Positions 29,035 through 38,284 of a stretch of 64,000 bases of DNA are shown one piece after another. This stretch comes from Eubacteriales bacterium (GTDB lineage: Bacteria > Bacillota > Clostridia > Oscillospirales > CAG-272). Below the pieces are notes generated by a model. That model worked only from the letters and a program-made list of their open reading frames with translations, did not search any database and had not been told where the DNA came from. How positions within the stretch are numbered: the stretch's first letter is position 1; each line of letters begins with the position of its first letter. The position numbers were made by a program, and so were the translations under genes. The stretch covers positions 1,766 through 65,765 of the forward strand of contig JAZNDS010000049.1 of the NCBI GenBank assembly GCA_045588145.1, given 5' to 3'.

Positions 29035-29065
29035 AAGGACGCTTTTTGCTTACAAAAGTGTCCTT
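29035..29065. promoter_or_regulatory. candidate operator between rhaA and divergent AraC gene
   Basis: AAGGACGCTTTT-N7-AAAAGTGTCCTT (11/12 inverted repeat); TTGACA-17-TAAAAT at 29073-29101. Confidence 0.55.
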
Positions 29066-29119
29066 ATTTGCATTGACAATTTGTGCGTGACATGCTAAAA
29101 TGGTGCGGGGGTGATGCGT

Positions 29120-30085
29120 ATGATCGACCGTGCGCTCTTAGAAAAGCTAAAAGTAAAAAGCGAAGAGGAAAAAGCCATTTTAGCGGGCGCCTCGGGCGTG
29201 GATAAAAGCTTATATATCGCGGGAAACGAAGGGGTCGTGAGCGCCGAAAGGCTTCTTGAAGAAGGTCGGCAGATACGGGTGCGGACACACACGCGCTTTA
29301 TTCATTTTCCTTGCCATACCCACGATTATATCGAGGGGGTCTATATGTGCGCGGGTAAGACCGTGCACATCGTAAACGGCCGCCGTATCACGCTTCATGA
29401 GGGAGAGCTTTTGTTCCTTGGGCAAAACGCCACGCAAGAGATCCTTCCCGCCGAGGAGGGGGACGTGGCGGTGAATTTCATCATACGCCCCGACTTTTTT
29501 GGAAAAACGCTGGAAATGCTGGGGGATGAGGAAACGCCGATCCGCCGTTTTCTTCTTCGCTCGCTCACAAACGGGGAGAACCGCGGGTATCTCCATTTCA
29601 AGGTCGCGGGGGTTCTGCCGATCGAGAACCTTGTGGAAAATTTACTGTGGACGCTTTTAAACGATCTGCCCGATAAACGAAGCATCAACGAGGTGACGAT
29701 GGGGCTTTTGTTTATGCAGCTCTTGCGCCACACCGATAAGCTGACCGGGGAAAGCCCCGAGGAGGAGGCTGTCGTTCGGCTTTTGCGTTATATTGAAGAA
29801 AATTACCGCACGGCAAGCCTACGCGAGGCAGCCGAATTGCTTCACCGCGATTTTTATTGGATCAGCCATGAAATCAAGAAAAGAACCGGTAAGACTTATA
29901 CCGAGCATCTGCAGGAAAAGCGCCTTTTGCAAGCCGCCTTTTTACTGAAGAATACCCCACTTTCGGTGGAGGAGATCGCCCCGGCAGTCGGCTACGAAAA
30001 CAAAAGCTATTTTCACCGCCTCTTTTTCAAGAAATTCGGCCTTACCCCCAAAAAATACCGCGCCGCCGAAAAAACGAAGGAATAA
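29120..30085 (+). CDS. AraC family regulator (probable rhamnose regulator)
   Basis: Cupin 'HTHDYIE', HTH 'VGYENKSYFHRLF'; divergent from rhaA; start may be 29111-29120. Confidence 0.88.
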   Translation: MIDRALLEKLKVKSEEEKAILAGASGVDKSLYIAGNEGVVSAERLLEEGRQIRVRTHTRFIHFPCHTHDYIEGVYMCAGKTVHIVNGRRITLHEGELLFLGQNATQEILPAEEGDVAVNFIIRPDFFGKTLEMLGDEETPIRRFLLRSLTNGENRGYLHFKVAGVLPIENLVENLLWTLLNDLPDKRSINEVTMGLLFMQLLRHTDKLTGESPEEEAVVRLLRYIEENYRTASLREAAELLHRDFYWISHEIKKRTGKTYTEHLQEKRLLQAAFLLKNTPLSVEEIAPAVGYENKSYFHRLFFKKFGLTPKKYRAAEKTKE

Positions 30086-30088
30086 AAG

Positions 30089-30116
30089 AAAAAAGCAGCC
30101 ACGCGGCTGCTTTTTT
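30089..30116. terminator. bidirectional terminator
   Basis: AAAAAAGCAGCC-acgc-GGCTGCTTTTTT. Confidence 0.8.
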
Positions 30117-30174
30117 AAAATTCAACTAAATAAAACACCCGAACCAAACCGCAAGGGTTTAATTCGGGATGTTT

Positions 30175-30251
30175 TGGTGGAGACAGGGGGGCTCGAACCC
30201 TCGACCTTACGGATGTGAACCGTACGCTCTAACCAACTGAGCTATGCCTCC
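30175..30251 (-). tRNA. tRNA-Val(CAC)
   Basis: GGAGGCATAGCTCAG...TACGG-TT-CAC-AT-CCGTA...GGTTCGAG...CCA. Confidence 0.95.
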
Positions 30252-30475
30252 GTGACCCATATAGTATAGCACACAAAAATGGATTTGTAAAGGGGCTTTT
30301 TTCAAAAAAAGAGATTTTTTTATCCGAGGTCTTTATGCTTTTTTTGCCGCTTTGGAAGCCTTTTGAAAAAAAAGGAAGAACGGGTGCTTTTTCGCGCTTT
30401 GCTATGTTGACTTTCCCATCTTTATATGATATACTATTATGCGGAAAATTATATACTACGTAAGGAGTATGCGTT

Positions 30476-31564
30476 ATGGAGATCAAGACCTACTTAAAAG
30501 AAAGCTATTTTACCGAAAAAGAGACCTGCCTTGTGGAAAGCGGGGCGCTTTCGGCCTCTTTGTTCGTTTACAGCACGGGAGTAAAGGCGGTCCGCCTTTC
30601 GAACGATAAGGGCGAGATCGTGGTGTTGCCTTATCTTGGGCAGATGGTGTGGCGTGCCGGGTTTTTGGGGCGCGAGCTTACCATGAAATCGATCTATGAC
30701 GAGCCGATCGAGCCGCTTCACGTATACGGCGAGACCTACGGCGGTTTCCTGATGCACTGCGGCCTTACCGCGATGGGCAACCCCACCGCCGAAGACAGCC
30801 ACCTGCCGCATGGGGAGCTTCCGATCGCCAAGTATCTGAAGAACTGGATCGTTCTCGGGGAGGACGAGAAGGGCAAATACATCGGCATCAGCGGCACCTT
30901 CTCCTTCAAGCGCTGCTTTGAGCAGAATTACGATTTTACCCCCCTTGTAAAGCTTTACGAAGGGAAGAGCGCGCTGGACGTGACCGTGAATTTCGTTAAC
31001 CACAAGGATCTGCCGCTCGAATACTTCTATCTCTGCCATATCAACCACCGTCCCGAAGACGGTTCCCGTTTGGCTTACACCGCCAAGCGTGAAAGCATCG
31101 TCGTCAATCACGAGGTTCCCGAGAACTACGAGCCGAAGGCGGCCGCCGCCACCAACGCCTACCTCGATCGCCTGGATACCAACCAAGGGCTTATGGATGA
31201 GGTCGGCGCCGAGGGGCAGTCCTATCAGCCCGAGATCGTTTTCTCCTGCACCTATACGGGCGATGAGAACGGAAAGGCCTATACGATGCAGATCCTGCCC
31301 GACGGGCGCGCCTGCTACGTTACCCACTATCCCGAGGAGCTGCCCTTCGGCGTGCGTTGGATCGCTCGCACGAAGGACGAGGATGCCCTCGGCATGGTCC
31401 TGCCCGCCACAGCCGAGCATAAGGGATACCTTTACTGCAAGTCGAAGGGGCAGGAGCGGTATCTCGCCCCCGGCGAAAGCGTTACCTATCATCTTGAGAC
31501 CGGGCTTCTTGATGTGGACGAAGCCAAGAAAATGGAAGAAAAGATCAAAAGCCTCGGCTTCTGA
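30476..31564 (+). CDS. DUF4432 / aldose-1-epimerase-like (mutarotase fold) protein
   Basis: 'LPYLGQMVW', 'GFLMHCGL..MG.P..ED.H..HGELP', 'HINH'; TTGACT-17-TATACT promoter upstream. Confidence 0.75.
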   Translation: MEIKTYLKESYFTEKETCLVESGALSASLFVYSTGVKAVRLSNDKGEIVVLPYLGQMVWRAGFLGRELTMKSIYDEPIEPLHVYGETYGGFLMHCGLTAMGNPTAEDSHLPHGELPIAKYLKNWIVLGEDEKGKYIGISGTFSFKRCFEQNYDFTPLVKLYEGKSALDVTVNFVNHKDLPLEYFYLCHINHRPEDGSRLAYTAKRESIVVNHEVPENYEPKAAAATNAYLDRLDTNQGLMDEVGAEGQSYQPEIVFSCTYTGDENGKAYTMQILPDGRACYVTHYPEELPFGVRWIARTKDEDALGMVLPATAEHKGYLYCKSKGQERYLAPGESVTYHLETGLLDVDEAKKMEEKIKSLGF

Positions 31565-31595
31565 AGCCGCATAAAAAACGAAAGGAGGAAAGACG

Positions 31596-32735
31596 GTGGA
31601 GCGTTTTCGTAACGGCCCTTTCCCCAAAACCGACGAGATCTTAAAAATTGAAAAACGGCTTACCCGATGCAATCGGTATGAGCGGGCGCGCAGCCTTCTT
31701 CGCCTTCTTTTCCTGATCGCCCTTCCGCTTGCCGTTCTGATCACGGCGCTTTCAAGCCTTAAGGCGCTTCCTCTTACGCTTGTGGGATGCGTGATCGCGG
31801 TCGTCCTTTGCCAGCTTTCCTGCCTGCTGGCGATGGCCTTTTTGCGCATCGCGCGCCCCGGGACCCCGAAATACGACGATCTTCTCAATACCTACGTCCG
31901 TCTTCTGATGATGGGGACCCAAAGCAAGCACCTGCCCTTCTTTCCCGATTCGCGCCTGCAAAAGGAAATGGTCGGGGAGGCCGAGCGCTACGCGCGCACC
32001 TACGTCGTGCCAAAGGAAGAAAGAGGGCGGATCTACAAGGCGAGATCGATCGTTGAGGAGGGAGAGCGCCTTCGCGCCGAATACGAGGAATATCTCTATC
32101 GCATCGCCTCGGAGGAGGGCGAAAGGATCCTTCTTAAGAAGGTGGACTTCGTCCGTCGGACCGAGCGTTGGCGCAAGGCCAACCGCCGTGCCTACACCGA
32201 GGACCAGTATAAGCTGATCGACGCCAATATCAATCGGCTCTTGCAGAAATTCAGCCACGACGCGAACGCCGAAAACGGCTTCTACATGGATTTTGTCGAT
32301 TATATCACCACCTTCCACAGCTTTGATAAGGAAACGGCCGAGCTTGACGGACGCGTGATCCCGACGGCCGACGTCAAATCCTATTATCTCACCATCGTGA
32401 AGGAGATCAAGCGTATCCGCTTTAACGAGCTGAAGAAGGCCCTTTCGGATAAGGAGCTGGACGATCTGCGCGATTATTTGAACGCCTACGAGCAGGTTCG
32501 CCAAAAGTACGTCTTCTTCGATCCGCTTCCGACCATTGACGTGGAGCGCTATGACAAATACTACATCGAAGCCAGGGCGAACAAAAAGCGTTGCTTCTCC
32601 TGCCATCGCAAGTTTCACGAGCGGTATAAGAAGATCTGCGACCGCTGCGGGCATTATATCTGTCCGCGCTGCCATAAATGCTATTGCAGCAAATACATCG
32701 GTCATAATTTGGAAAACTTTTATAACGGAATTTAA
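31596..32735 (+). CDS. hypothetical 2-TM protein with C-terminal 8-Cys motif
   Basis: GTG start with AGGAGG RBS; hydrophobic residues ~32-82; C-terminal CxxC..CxxCxxxxCxxCxxCxC. Confidence 0.75.
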   Translation: MERFRNGPFPKTDEILKIEKRLTRCNRYERARSLLRLLFLIALPLAVLITALSSLKALPLTLVGCVIAVVLCQLSCLLAMAFLRIARPGTPKYDDLLNTYVRLLMMGTQSKHLPFFPDSRLQKEMVGEAERYARTYVVPKEERGRIYKARSIVEEGERLRAEYEEYLYRIASEEGERILLKKVDFVRRTERWRKANRRAYTEDQYKLIDANINRLLQKFSHDANAENGFYMDFVDYITTFHSFDKETAELDGRVIPTADVKSYYLTIVKEIKRIRFNELKKALSDKELDDLRDYLNAYEQVRQKYVFFDPLPTIDVERYDKYYIEARANKKRCFSCHRKFHERYKKICDRCGHYICPRCHKCYCSKYIGHNLENFYNGI

Positions 32736-32765
32736 AAAAGGCCCTTGGCCTTACAGGATGTAACC

Positions 32766-33497
32766 ATGCTTGAATTAAAGAATATCTCCTACACGGCGGG
32801 AGAGGGGGAAGAGAGAAAGGATATTCTCAAAAACGTTTCCCTTCGTCTTGACGGCCGTGTGATCGCCGTGACCGGCCCGAACGGCGGCGGCAAGTCAACG
32901 CTTGCCAAGATCATTGCGGGCATAATTGCCCCGACATCGGGGAGGATCCTTCTTGACGGAGAGGACATCACCGATCTTTCGATCACCGAGCGCGCGAAGC
33001 GCGGCATCAGCTTTGCCTTCCAGACCCCCGTGCGCTTCAAGGGGATCACGGTGCGTGATCTGATCACCCTGGCGGCGGGGAAAAAGATCGGCGTCAGCGA
33101 GGCCTGCCGCTATCTTTCCGAGGTTGGCCTTTGCGCCAGGGATTATATCAATCGCGAGGTAAACGCCAGCCTTTCGGGCGGCGAATTAAAGCGCATCGAG
33201 ATCGCCACGGTCTTGGCGCGCGGCACCGTCTTTTCGGTGTTTGACGAGCCCGAGGCGGGCATCGATCTTTGGAGCTTCCAGAACCTGATTCGTGTGTTTG
33301 AAAAGATGCACGAGGAAAAGGGTGGCACCATCCTGATCATTTCGCATCAGGAGCGTATTTTGCGCATCGCCGACAAGATCGTTGTGATCGCGGGCGGCGA
33401 GGTAACCGATAGCGGGACCCCCGAGACGATCGTACCGGGGCTGACCGACACGGCGGACGGCGCCTGCCGCACGCTGAACGAAAAGGTACGGGGGTAA
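32766..33497 (+). CDS. SufC/SmsC-like ABC ATPase
   Basis: 'GPNGGGKST', 'LSGGELKRIEIA', 'FDEPEAGIDL'; adjacent to a SufBD gene. Confidence 0.85.
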   Translation: MLELKNISYTAGEGEERKDILKNVSLRLDGRVIAVTGPNGGGKSTLAKIIAGIIAPTSGRILLDGEDITDLSITERAKRGISFAFQTPVRFKGITVRDLITLAAGKKIGVSEACRYLSEVGLCARDYINREVNASLSGGELKRIEIATVLARGTVFSVFDEPEAGIDLWSFQNLIRVFEKMHEEKGGTILIISHQERILRIADKIVVIAGGEVTDSGTPETIVPGLTDTADGACRTLNEKVRG

Positions 33498-33500
33498 GCC

Positions 33501-34430
33501 ATGGAAGCGATACAAAAGCAGCTGCTGGCCGAGATCGCCGATCTTCATACCATTCCGACGGGGGCATACAGCATCCGTGAGAATGGGAAGACCGTAAGCC
33601 GTGCCTCGACCGAGCATATTGAGATCATTCCGCGTGAAGAGGGGGACGGGATCACCGTCCGTATTTTACCGAATACCAAGAACGAAAGCGTGCATATTCC
33701 CGTTATTATCAGCAAGGCGGGGATAAAAGAGGCGGTCTATAACGATTTTTACATCGGCGAGGGCGCCGAGGTCACGATCATCGCGGGCTGTGGGATCCAC
33801 AGCTGCGGCAAGGACCTTTCCGAGCATAGCGGGATCCATACCTTCTACGTCGGGCGTGGCGCCAAGGTGCGTTACACCGAAAAGCACTACGGCTCGGGAG
33901 ACGGGACAGGAGAGCGCGTGATGAACCCGACGACGGTGATAAAGATCGAGGAGGGCGGCTCTCTTGAAATGGAAACGACCCAGATCAAGGGCATCGATTC
34001 CACCAAGAGAAACACCACCGCCACTCTTGCCGACGGCGCGAGGCTTATTATCCGTGAAAAGATCATGACGCACGGAAAACAGCTGGCCGAAACCGATTTT
34101 ACTGTCGATATGAACGGGGCCGACTGCGCCGCCGACGTGGTTTCCCGCTCGGTCGCGAAGGACGAGTCGGTGCAGATCTTCCGCTCCCGCATCAACGGCA
34201 ACAACGTCTGCACGGGCCACACCGAGTGCGACGCCATCTTAATGGATAAGGGGCGCGTGACCGCGATCCCCGAGCTGACGGCCAATCATCTTGACGCCTC
34301 GCTGATCCACGAGGCGGCGATCGGAAAGATCGCGGGCGAGCAGCTGATCAAGCTGATGACGCTTGGGCTTTCGGCCGAGGAGGCCGAGGAGCAGATCGTA
34401 AACGGCTTCTTAAAATTAAAAAAGAAATGA
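33501..34430 (+). CDS. SufB/SufD-family Fe-S assembly protein (SmsB-like)
   Basis: 'GHTECDAIL', 'LIHEAAIGKIA..QL.KLMTLGL..EEAEE.IVNGFL'. Confidence 0.88.
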   Translation: MEAIQKQLLAEIADLHTIPTGAYSIRENGKTVSRASTEHIEIIPREEGDGITVRILPNTKNESVHIPVIISKAGIKEAVYNDFYIGEGAEVTIIAGCGIHSCGKDLSEHSGIHTFYVGRGAKVRYTEKHYGSGDGTGERVMNPTTVIKIEEGGSLEMETTQIKGIDSTKRNTTATLADGARLIIREKIMTHGKQLAETDFTVDMNGADCAADVVSRSVAKDESVQIFRSRINGNNVCTGHTECDAILMDKGRVTAIPELTANHLDASLIHEAAIGKIAGEQLIKLMTLGLSAEEAEEQIVNGFLKLKKK

Positions 34431-34476
34431 CCGCATTCAATGCGGTCATTTTAAAAGAAAGGAAGGAGGGACTTAT

Positions 34477-36228
34477 ATGGCATTCGATGCGGGTATGCTT
34501 CGCGCGGTTACCGACGAGATCAGCGGTACGCTTTGCGGCGGCGCGAAGGTAGAAAAGATCTGCCAGCCGGCGAAGGAAGAATTCGATTTTGTTCTGCATG
34601 CGGGCGGCGTCAGCCGCAGGCTCTGCTTTATCGCGGGCAGCAACGTCCCCCATTTTTCTTATTCGAGAAAGGAACGCGAAAATCTCCCCACCCCCTCGAT
34701 GTTCTGTATGCTGCTTCGCAAGCATCTCCAAGGCGGTAAGCTTATCGAATGTGAGCAGCTGGGCTTTGAGCGCGCTACTCGCTTTACCTTTACCTCGCGC
34801 GATGAGCTTGGCTTTGGCGTTAAGCGCTATCTTATTGCCGAAATGATGGGTAAATACAGCAACCTCATTCTTCTGGATGAGGAGGATAAGATCCTTTCCG
34901 CCTTAAAGATCGTGGATTTTTCGGCCAGCCGTGTACGGCAGGTCCTGCCGGGGATGCATTACACCCTTCCCCCAAAGCAGGAAAAGGGCGATCCGCTTTT
35001 CTTAAACCGAAGCGAGTTTGACGCGCTTTGGGAGGCCTACCCCAAGGAAAGGACGCTTTCCCGCTTTATTTCGGATTCCTATTTCGGTATCTCCTCGCAA
35101 AACGCCCGCGAGATGGCGTACCGTGCTTCGGGAGGGGAAGAGACAACGCTTTCCGAGATCGAGCCCCAAGCGCTTTACGGGGTGCTGTACGAGTGGTTTG
35201 AGGCACTTAAAGCGGGGCGCTATACGCCCACCCTTCTGCTTGACGAAGAGGGCGAGCCCCACGATTACAGCTACGCCGATCTCCATAGCGGCGGCTATAC
35301 CGTTTGCCACCCCGCCGATTTTTGCGAGCTTTTGGATCTTTATTTCGGGGAAAAGGATAAAAAGGAACGTATTCGCCAGCGGTCGATGGATCTTTCTCGT
35401 CTGCTGACGAGAAGAGAGGCCCAGCTTCACCGTAAGCTGGAGGCCCAGCGCGGGGAGCTTGCCGACTGTGAAAGGGCCGCCGAATACAAAAAGGCGGGGG
35501 ATCTGATCACCGAAAACATCTACCGCTTAAAGCGGGGGGATGAGCGCTTTGTAGCGACCGATTATACCGTCGACCCACCGAAGGAGACCCCCGTCACGCT
35601 TGATCCCCGCCTTTCTCCCGTCGCGAATGCCCAGCGGATGTATAAGCTGTATACCAAGGCAAGGACCGCCAAGCAAAAGCTTACCGAGCTGATCGTCAGT
35701 GGCGAAGAGGAGCTTGCCTATATCGTAGGCGTTAAGGGCTTTTTGGAGCGTGCCGAAAGTGAAGCCGATTTTGCCGAGCTTCGCAGTGAGCTTTCGGCGG
35801 CGGGCTATCTCGCGAGAGAAAAGGGAAAAGCCAAGGAAAAGGCACATCGGGCCCGCCCGCTTGAGTTTACGACAAGCAACGGCTACCGTCTTCTTTGCGG
35901 CCGCAACAACCTGCAGAACGATATGCTGACCTTCCGCATCGCCGAAAAGGACGATCTTTGGTTCCACGCCAAGGGGGTAGGGGGCTCCCACGTTATTCTC
36001 GTTTGCGGGGGAGAGGAGCCGCCCGCCGAGGATTATACCGAGGCCGCCGCCCTCGCGGCCTACTATTCGCAGGCGGGGGACGCGGTGACCGCCGTGGATT
36101 ATACCCGTGTCCGTAATATCAAAAAGCCGCAGGGCGCACGTTGCGGCTTCGTCACCTACAAGACCAATTCGACGGCGTATGTTACACCGTCCTTACCAAA
36201 GGGGAAAAAAGATGATCGATCTTCTTGA
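34477..36228 (+). CDS. rqcH: NFACT/RqcH (FbpA) ribosome quality-control protein
   Basis: 'MAFDAG', 'FCMLLRKHL', 'EMMGKYSNLIL', 'GRNNLQND', 'WFHAK..GGSHVIL'. Confidence 0.9.
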   Translation: MAFDAGMLRAVTDEISGTLCGGAKVEKICQPAKEEFDFVLHAGGVSRRLCFIAGSNVPHFSYSRKERENLPTPSMFCMLLRKHLQGGKLIECEQLGFERATRFTFTSRDELGFGVKRYLIAEMMGKYSNLILLDEEDKILSALKIVDFSASRVRQVLPGMHYTLPPKQEKGDPLFLNRSEFDALWEAYPKERTLSRFISDSYFGISSQNAREMAYRASGGEETTLSEIEPQALYGVLYEWFEALKAGRYTPTLLLDEEGEPHDYSYADLHSGGYTVCHPADFCELLDLYFGEKDKKERIRQRSMDLSRLLTRREAQLHRKLEAQRGELADCERAAEYKKAGDLITENIYRLKRGDERFVATDYTVDPPKETPVTLDPRLSPVANAQRMYKLYTKARTAKQKLTELIVSGEEELAYIVGVKGFLERAESEADFAELRSELSAAGYLAREKGKAKEKAHRARPLEFTTSNGYRLLCGRNNLQNDMLTFRIAEKDDLWFHAKGVGGSHVILVCGGEEPPAEDYTEAAALAAYYSQAGDAVTAVDYTRVRNIKKPQGARCGFVTYKTNSTAYVTPSLPKGKKDDRSS

Positions 36229-36766
36229 TATGCACAAATATTTTATTCTTCAACACCTCGGCGAGGGGGATACCGCCGTCGATTTTACGATGGGAAACGG
36301 AAACGATACGCTGTTTTTATCGAAAACGGTTGGAGAAAGCGGTAAGGTATACGCCTTCGATATCCAGGCCGACGCGCTCCTTTCCACCAAGGCAAGGCTT
36401 CAGCGCGAAGAAGCGCCCGAGAACTATACGCTTATCAACGATTCGCACCATAAGGTAAAGGATTACGTCAAGGGGCCGATCAAGGCGGGGATGTTTAACC
36501 TTGGATATCTCCCCGGCAGCAACCGCAAGGAGCTGACCACGATGTGCAAGACCACCCTGCCCGCCGTCAAGGCCGCGATCGAGCTTCTCGGCGAGGACAG
36601 CATCCTCTTAGTCGCCGTATACCCCGGACACGCGGAGGGGGAAAGAGAGGGCGAGATGCTTTCCGAATATCTTTCTACGCTTGACCGTAGACAGATCAGC
36701 GTCACCCGCTTCGGCATCATCAATTCCAAAACCTCTCCCTTCTTCTTTATCATCGAAACAAGATAA
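36212..36766 (+). CDS. class I SAM methyltransferase, YtqB/MnmM-like
   Basis: 'VDFTMGNGNDT', 'AFDIQ', 'FNLGYLPG', 'YPGH'. Confidence 0.85.
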   Translation: MIDLLDMHKYFILQHLGEGDTAVDFTMGNGNDTLFLSKTVGESGKVYAFDIQADALLSTKARLQREEAPENYTLINDSHHKVKDYVKGPIKAGMFNLGYLPGSNRKELTTMCKTTLPAVKAAIELLGEDSILLVAVYPGHAEGEREGEMLSEYLSTLDRRQISVTRFGIINSKTSPFFFIIETR

Positions 36767-36785
36767 GAAAGGTTTTGTTTACAAA

Positions 36786-36824
36786 AAAAGAAAAAGTCCC
36801 GATAAGATCGGGACTTTTTCTTTT
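36786..36824. terminator. bidirectional terminator
   Basis: AAAAGAAAAAGTCCCGAT-aag-ATCGGGACTTTTTCTTTT. Confidence 0.8.
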
Positions 36825-37593
36825 ATCCAAGGGCAACGTCCAGCGCCAGCATCAGGCAGAAGCCGAGGGCGAAGGAGAGAGAGAAGGCGCGCTCCTGCCC
36901 GTTCTCGCATCCGCGGGGGGCAAGCTCCTTGATCACGACGTAGAGCATCACCCCGGCGGCAAGGCTTAACAGATAGGGCAGAAGAGAGGCGATAAGGAAG
37001 GAGAGAAGAAGCGTCAGAACAGCGGCCAGGGGCTCTACCGCACCCGAAAGAAAGCCGTAAAGAAAGGCCCGGCGCTTTTTCATGCCGCCCCCCGCGAGGG
37101 GAAGAGAGATGATCGCCCCCTCGGGGAAATTCTGGACCCCGATCCCAAAGGAGAGCAGGGCGGCGGCCATACCGTAGCCGCTGTCCCCATTCCCGAGAAA
37201 GGCGGCCGCCGCGACGCCAACCGCCATGCCCTCGGGAATGTTATGCAGGGTCACCGCAAAGAAAAGCAGGGATGAGGTCTTGCTTTCCTTAAGAAGCGAC
37301 CCGCTTTCCGGATCGGTCGGGAAGAAAAGGTCTAAAAGGCAGAAGAGAAGAAACCCAAGCAGGACCCCAAGGGTCGCGGGGAAGAAGGAAAAGCGACCGA
37401 GTGGGGCTGCCTGCTCGATCGCGGGCAGAAGCAGGCTGAAGAAGGAGGCCGCTACCATGACCCCTGCGGCAAGGCCGGAAAGGCTCGCCTCCCATTTTTT
37501 TGAAAGGCCCCCCTTCAGCAAAAAGACAGAGCAGGCGCCAAGCGTTGTCCCGAGAAAGGGAAAGAGCAGCACCGCCCACAAAAACAAAGACAT
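36823..37593 (-). CDS. ZIP family metal transporter (ZupT/GufA)
   Basis: 'VTLHNIPEGMAVG', 'QNFPEG', 'SGAVEP'. Confidence 0.9.
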   Translation of the reverse strand: MSLFLWAVLLFPFLGTTLGACSVFLLKGGLSKKWEASLSGLAAGVMVAASFFSLLLPAIEQAAPLGRFSFFPATLGVLLGFLLFCLLDLFFPTDPESGSLLKESKTSSLLFFAVTLHNIPEGMAVGVAAAAFLGNGDSGYGMAAALLSFGIGVQNFPEGAIISLPLAGGGMKKRRAFLYGFLSGAVEPLAAVLTLLLSFLIASLLPYLLSLAAGVMLYVVIKELAPRGCENGQERAFSLSFALGFCLMLALDVALG

Positions 37594-37656
37594 AGCTTTC
37601 ACCATCGTTTTTTAACAGCGTATGCGGAAAGGGCGGGATCGGTCAAGGCGATAAAA

Positions 37657-37688
37657 GAAAAAGGAACGGAGCATCCGTTCCTTTTTTC
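37657..37688 (-). terminator. terminator after iorB
   Basis: AAAAAGGAACGGA-gca-TCCGTTCCTTTTT. Confidence 0.75.
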
Positions 37689-37708
37689 AAAAAAGCGCGT
37701 GTATCGGT

Positions 37709-38281
37709 TCAGCGTCCTTGCGAGTAACCAAGCTCAAAGGCGGCAAGGTTCAGCTCTAAAAACTTCGGGGGAACCGTTTCTCTTATCACACGGAGAAAGA
37801 CCTCCTTGTCGATCTCGGAGGCGGCGGCCAAAACACCGATCAGCACAACGTTCACCGCCTTCGCGGAGCCCGCGGAAAGGCTTAACGCTGTGGCGTCGAT
37901 CGCCGTCACGTCGCAAAGCGCCGAAAGCGCCTCGACGATCCCCTCGGGATATTCGGCCGCCCCCGTGATGACAGGCATCGGGGCGATCGCGTGGTCGTTC
38001 AGAATGATCTTACCGCCCTTCTTGAGGTAGGGCAGGGCGCGAAGCGCCTCCAGCCGCTCAAAGGCCAGGATGATATCGGCCTCCCCCTTGTCGATGATCG
38101 GGGAATCGACCCTTTCGCCGTAACGGACATAGGTCACGACGCTTCCGCCCCGCTGGCTCATGCCGTGAACCTCGGAGACCTTTACGTCATAGCCCTCGCT
38201 GATAACGGCGTTGCCGAGAATGCGGCTGGCAAGCAGGGTCCCCTGCCCCCCGACGCCGACGATCATAATATTCTTCGTCAT
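37709..38281 (-). CDS. iorB: indolepyruvate:ferredoxin oxidoreductase beta subunit
   Basis: 'GVGGQG', 'SEVHGMSQRGGSV'. Confidence 0.92.
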   Translation of the reverse strand: MTKNIMIVGVGGQGTLLASRILGNAVISEGYDVKVSEVHGMSQRGGSVVTYVRYGERVDSPIIDKGEADIILAFERLEALRALPYLKKGGKIILNDHAIAPMPVITGAAEYPEGIVEALSALCDVTAIDATALSLSAGSAKAVNVVLIGVLAAASEIDKEVFLRVIRETVPPKFLELNLAAFELGYSQGR

Positions 38282-38284
38282 CCT

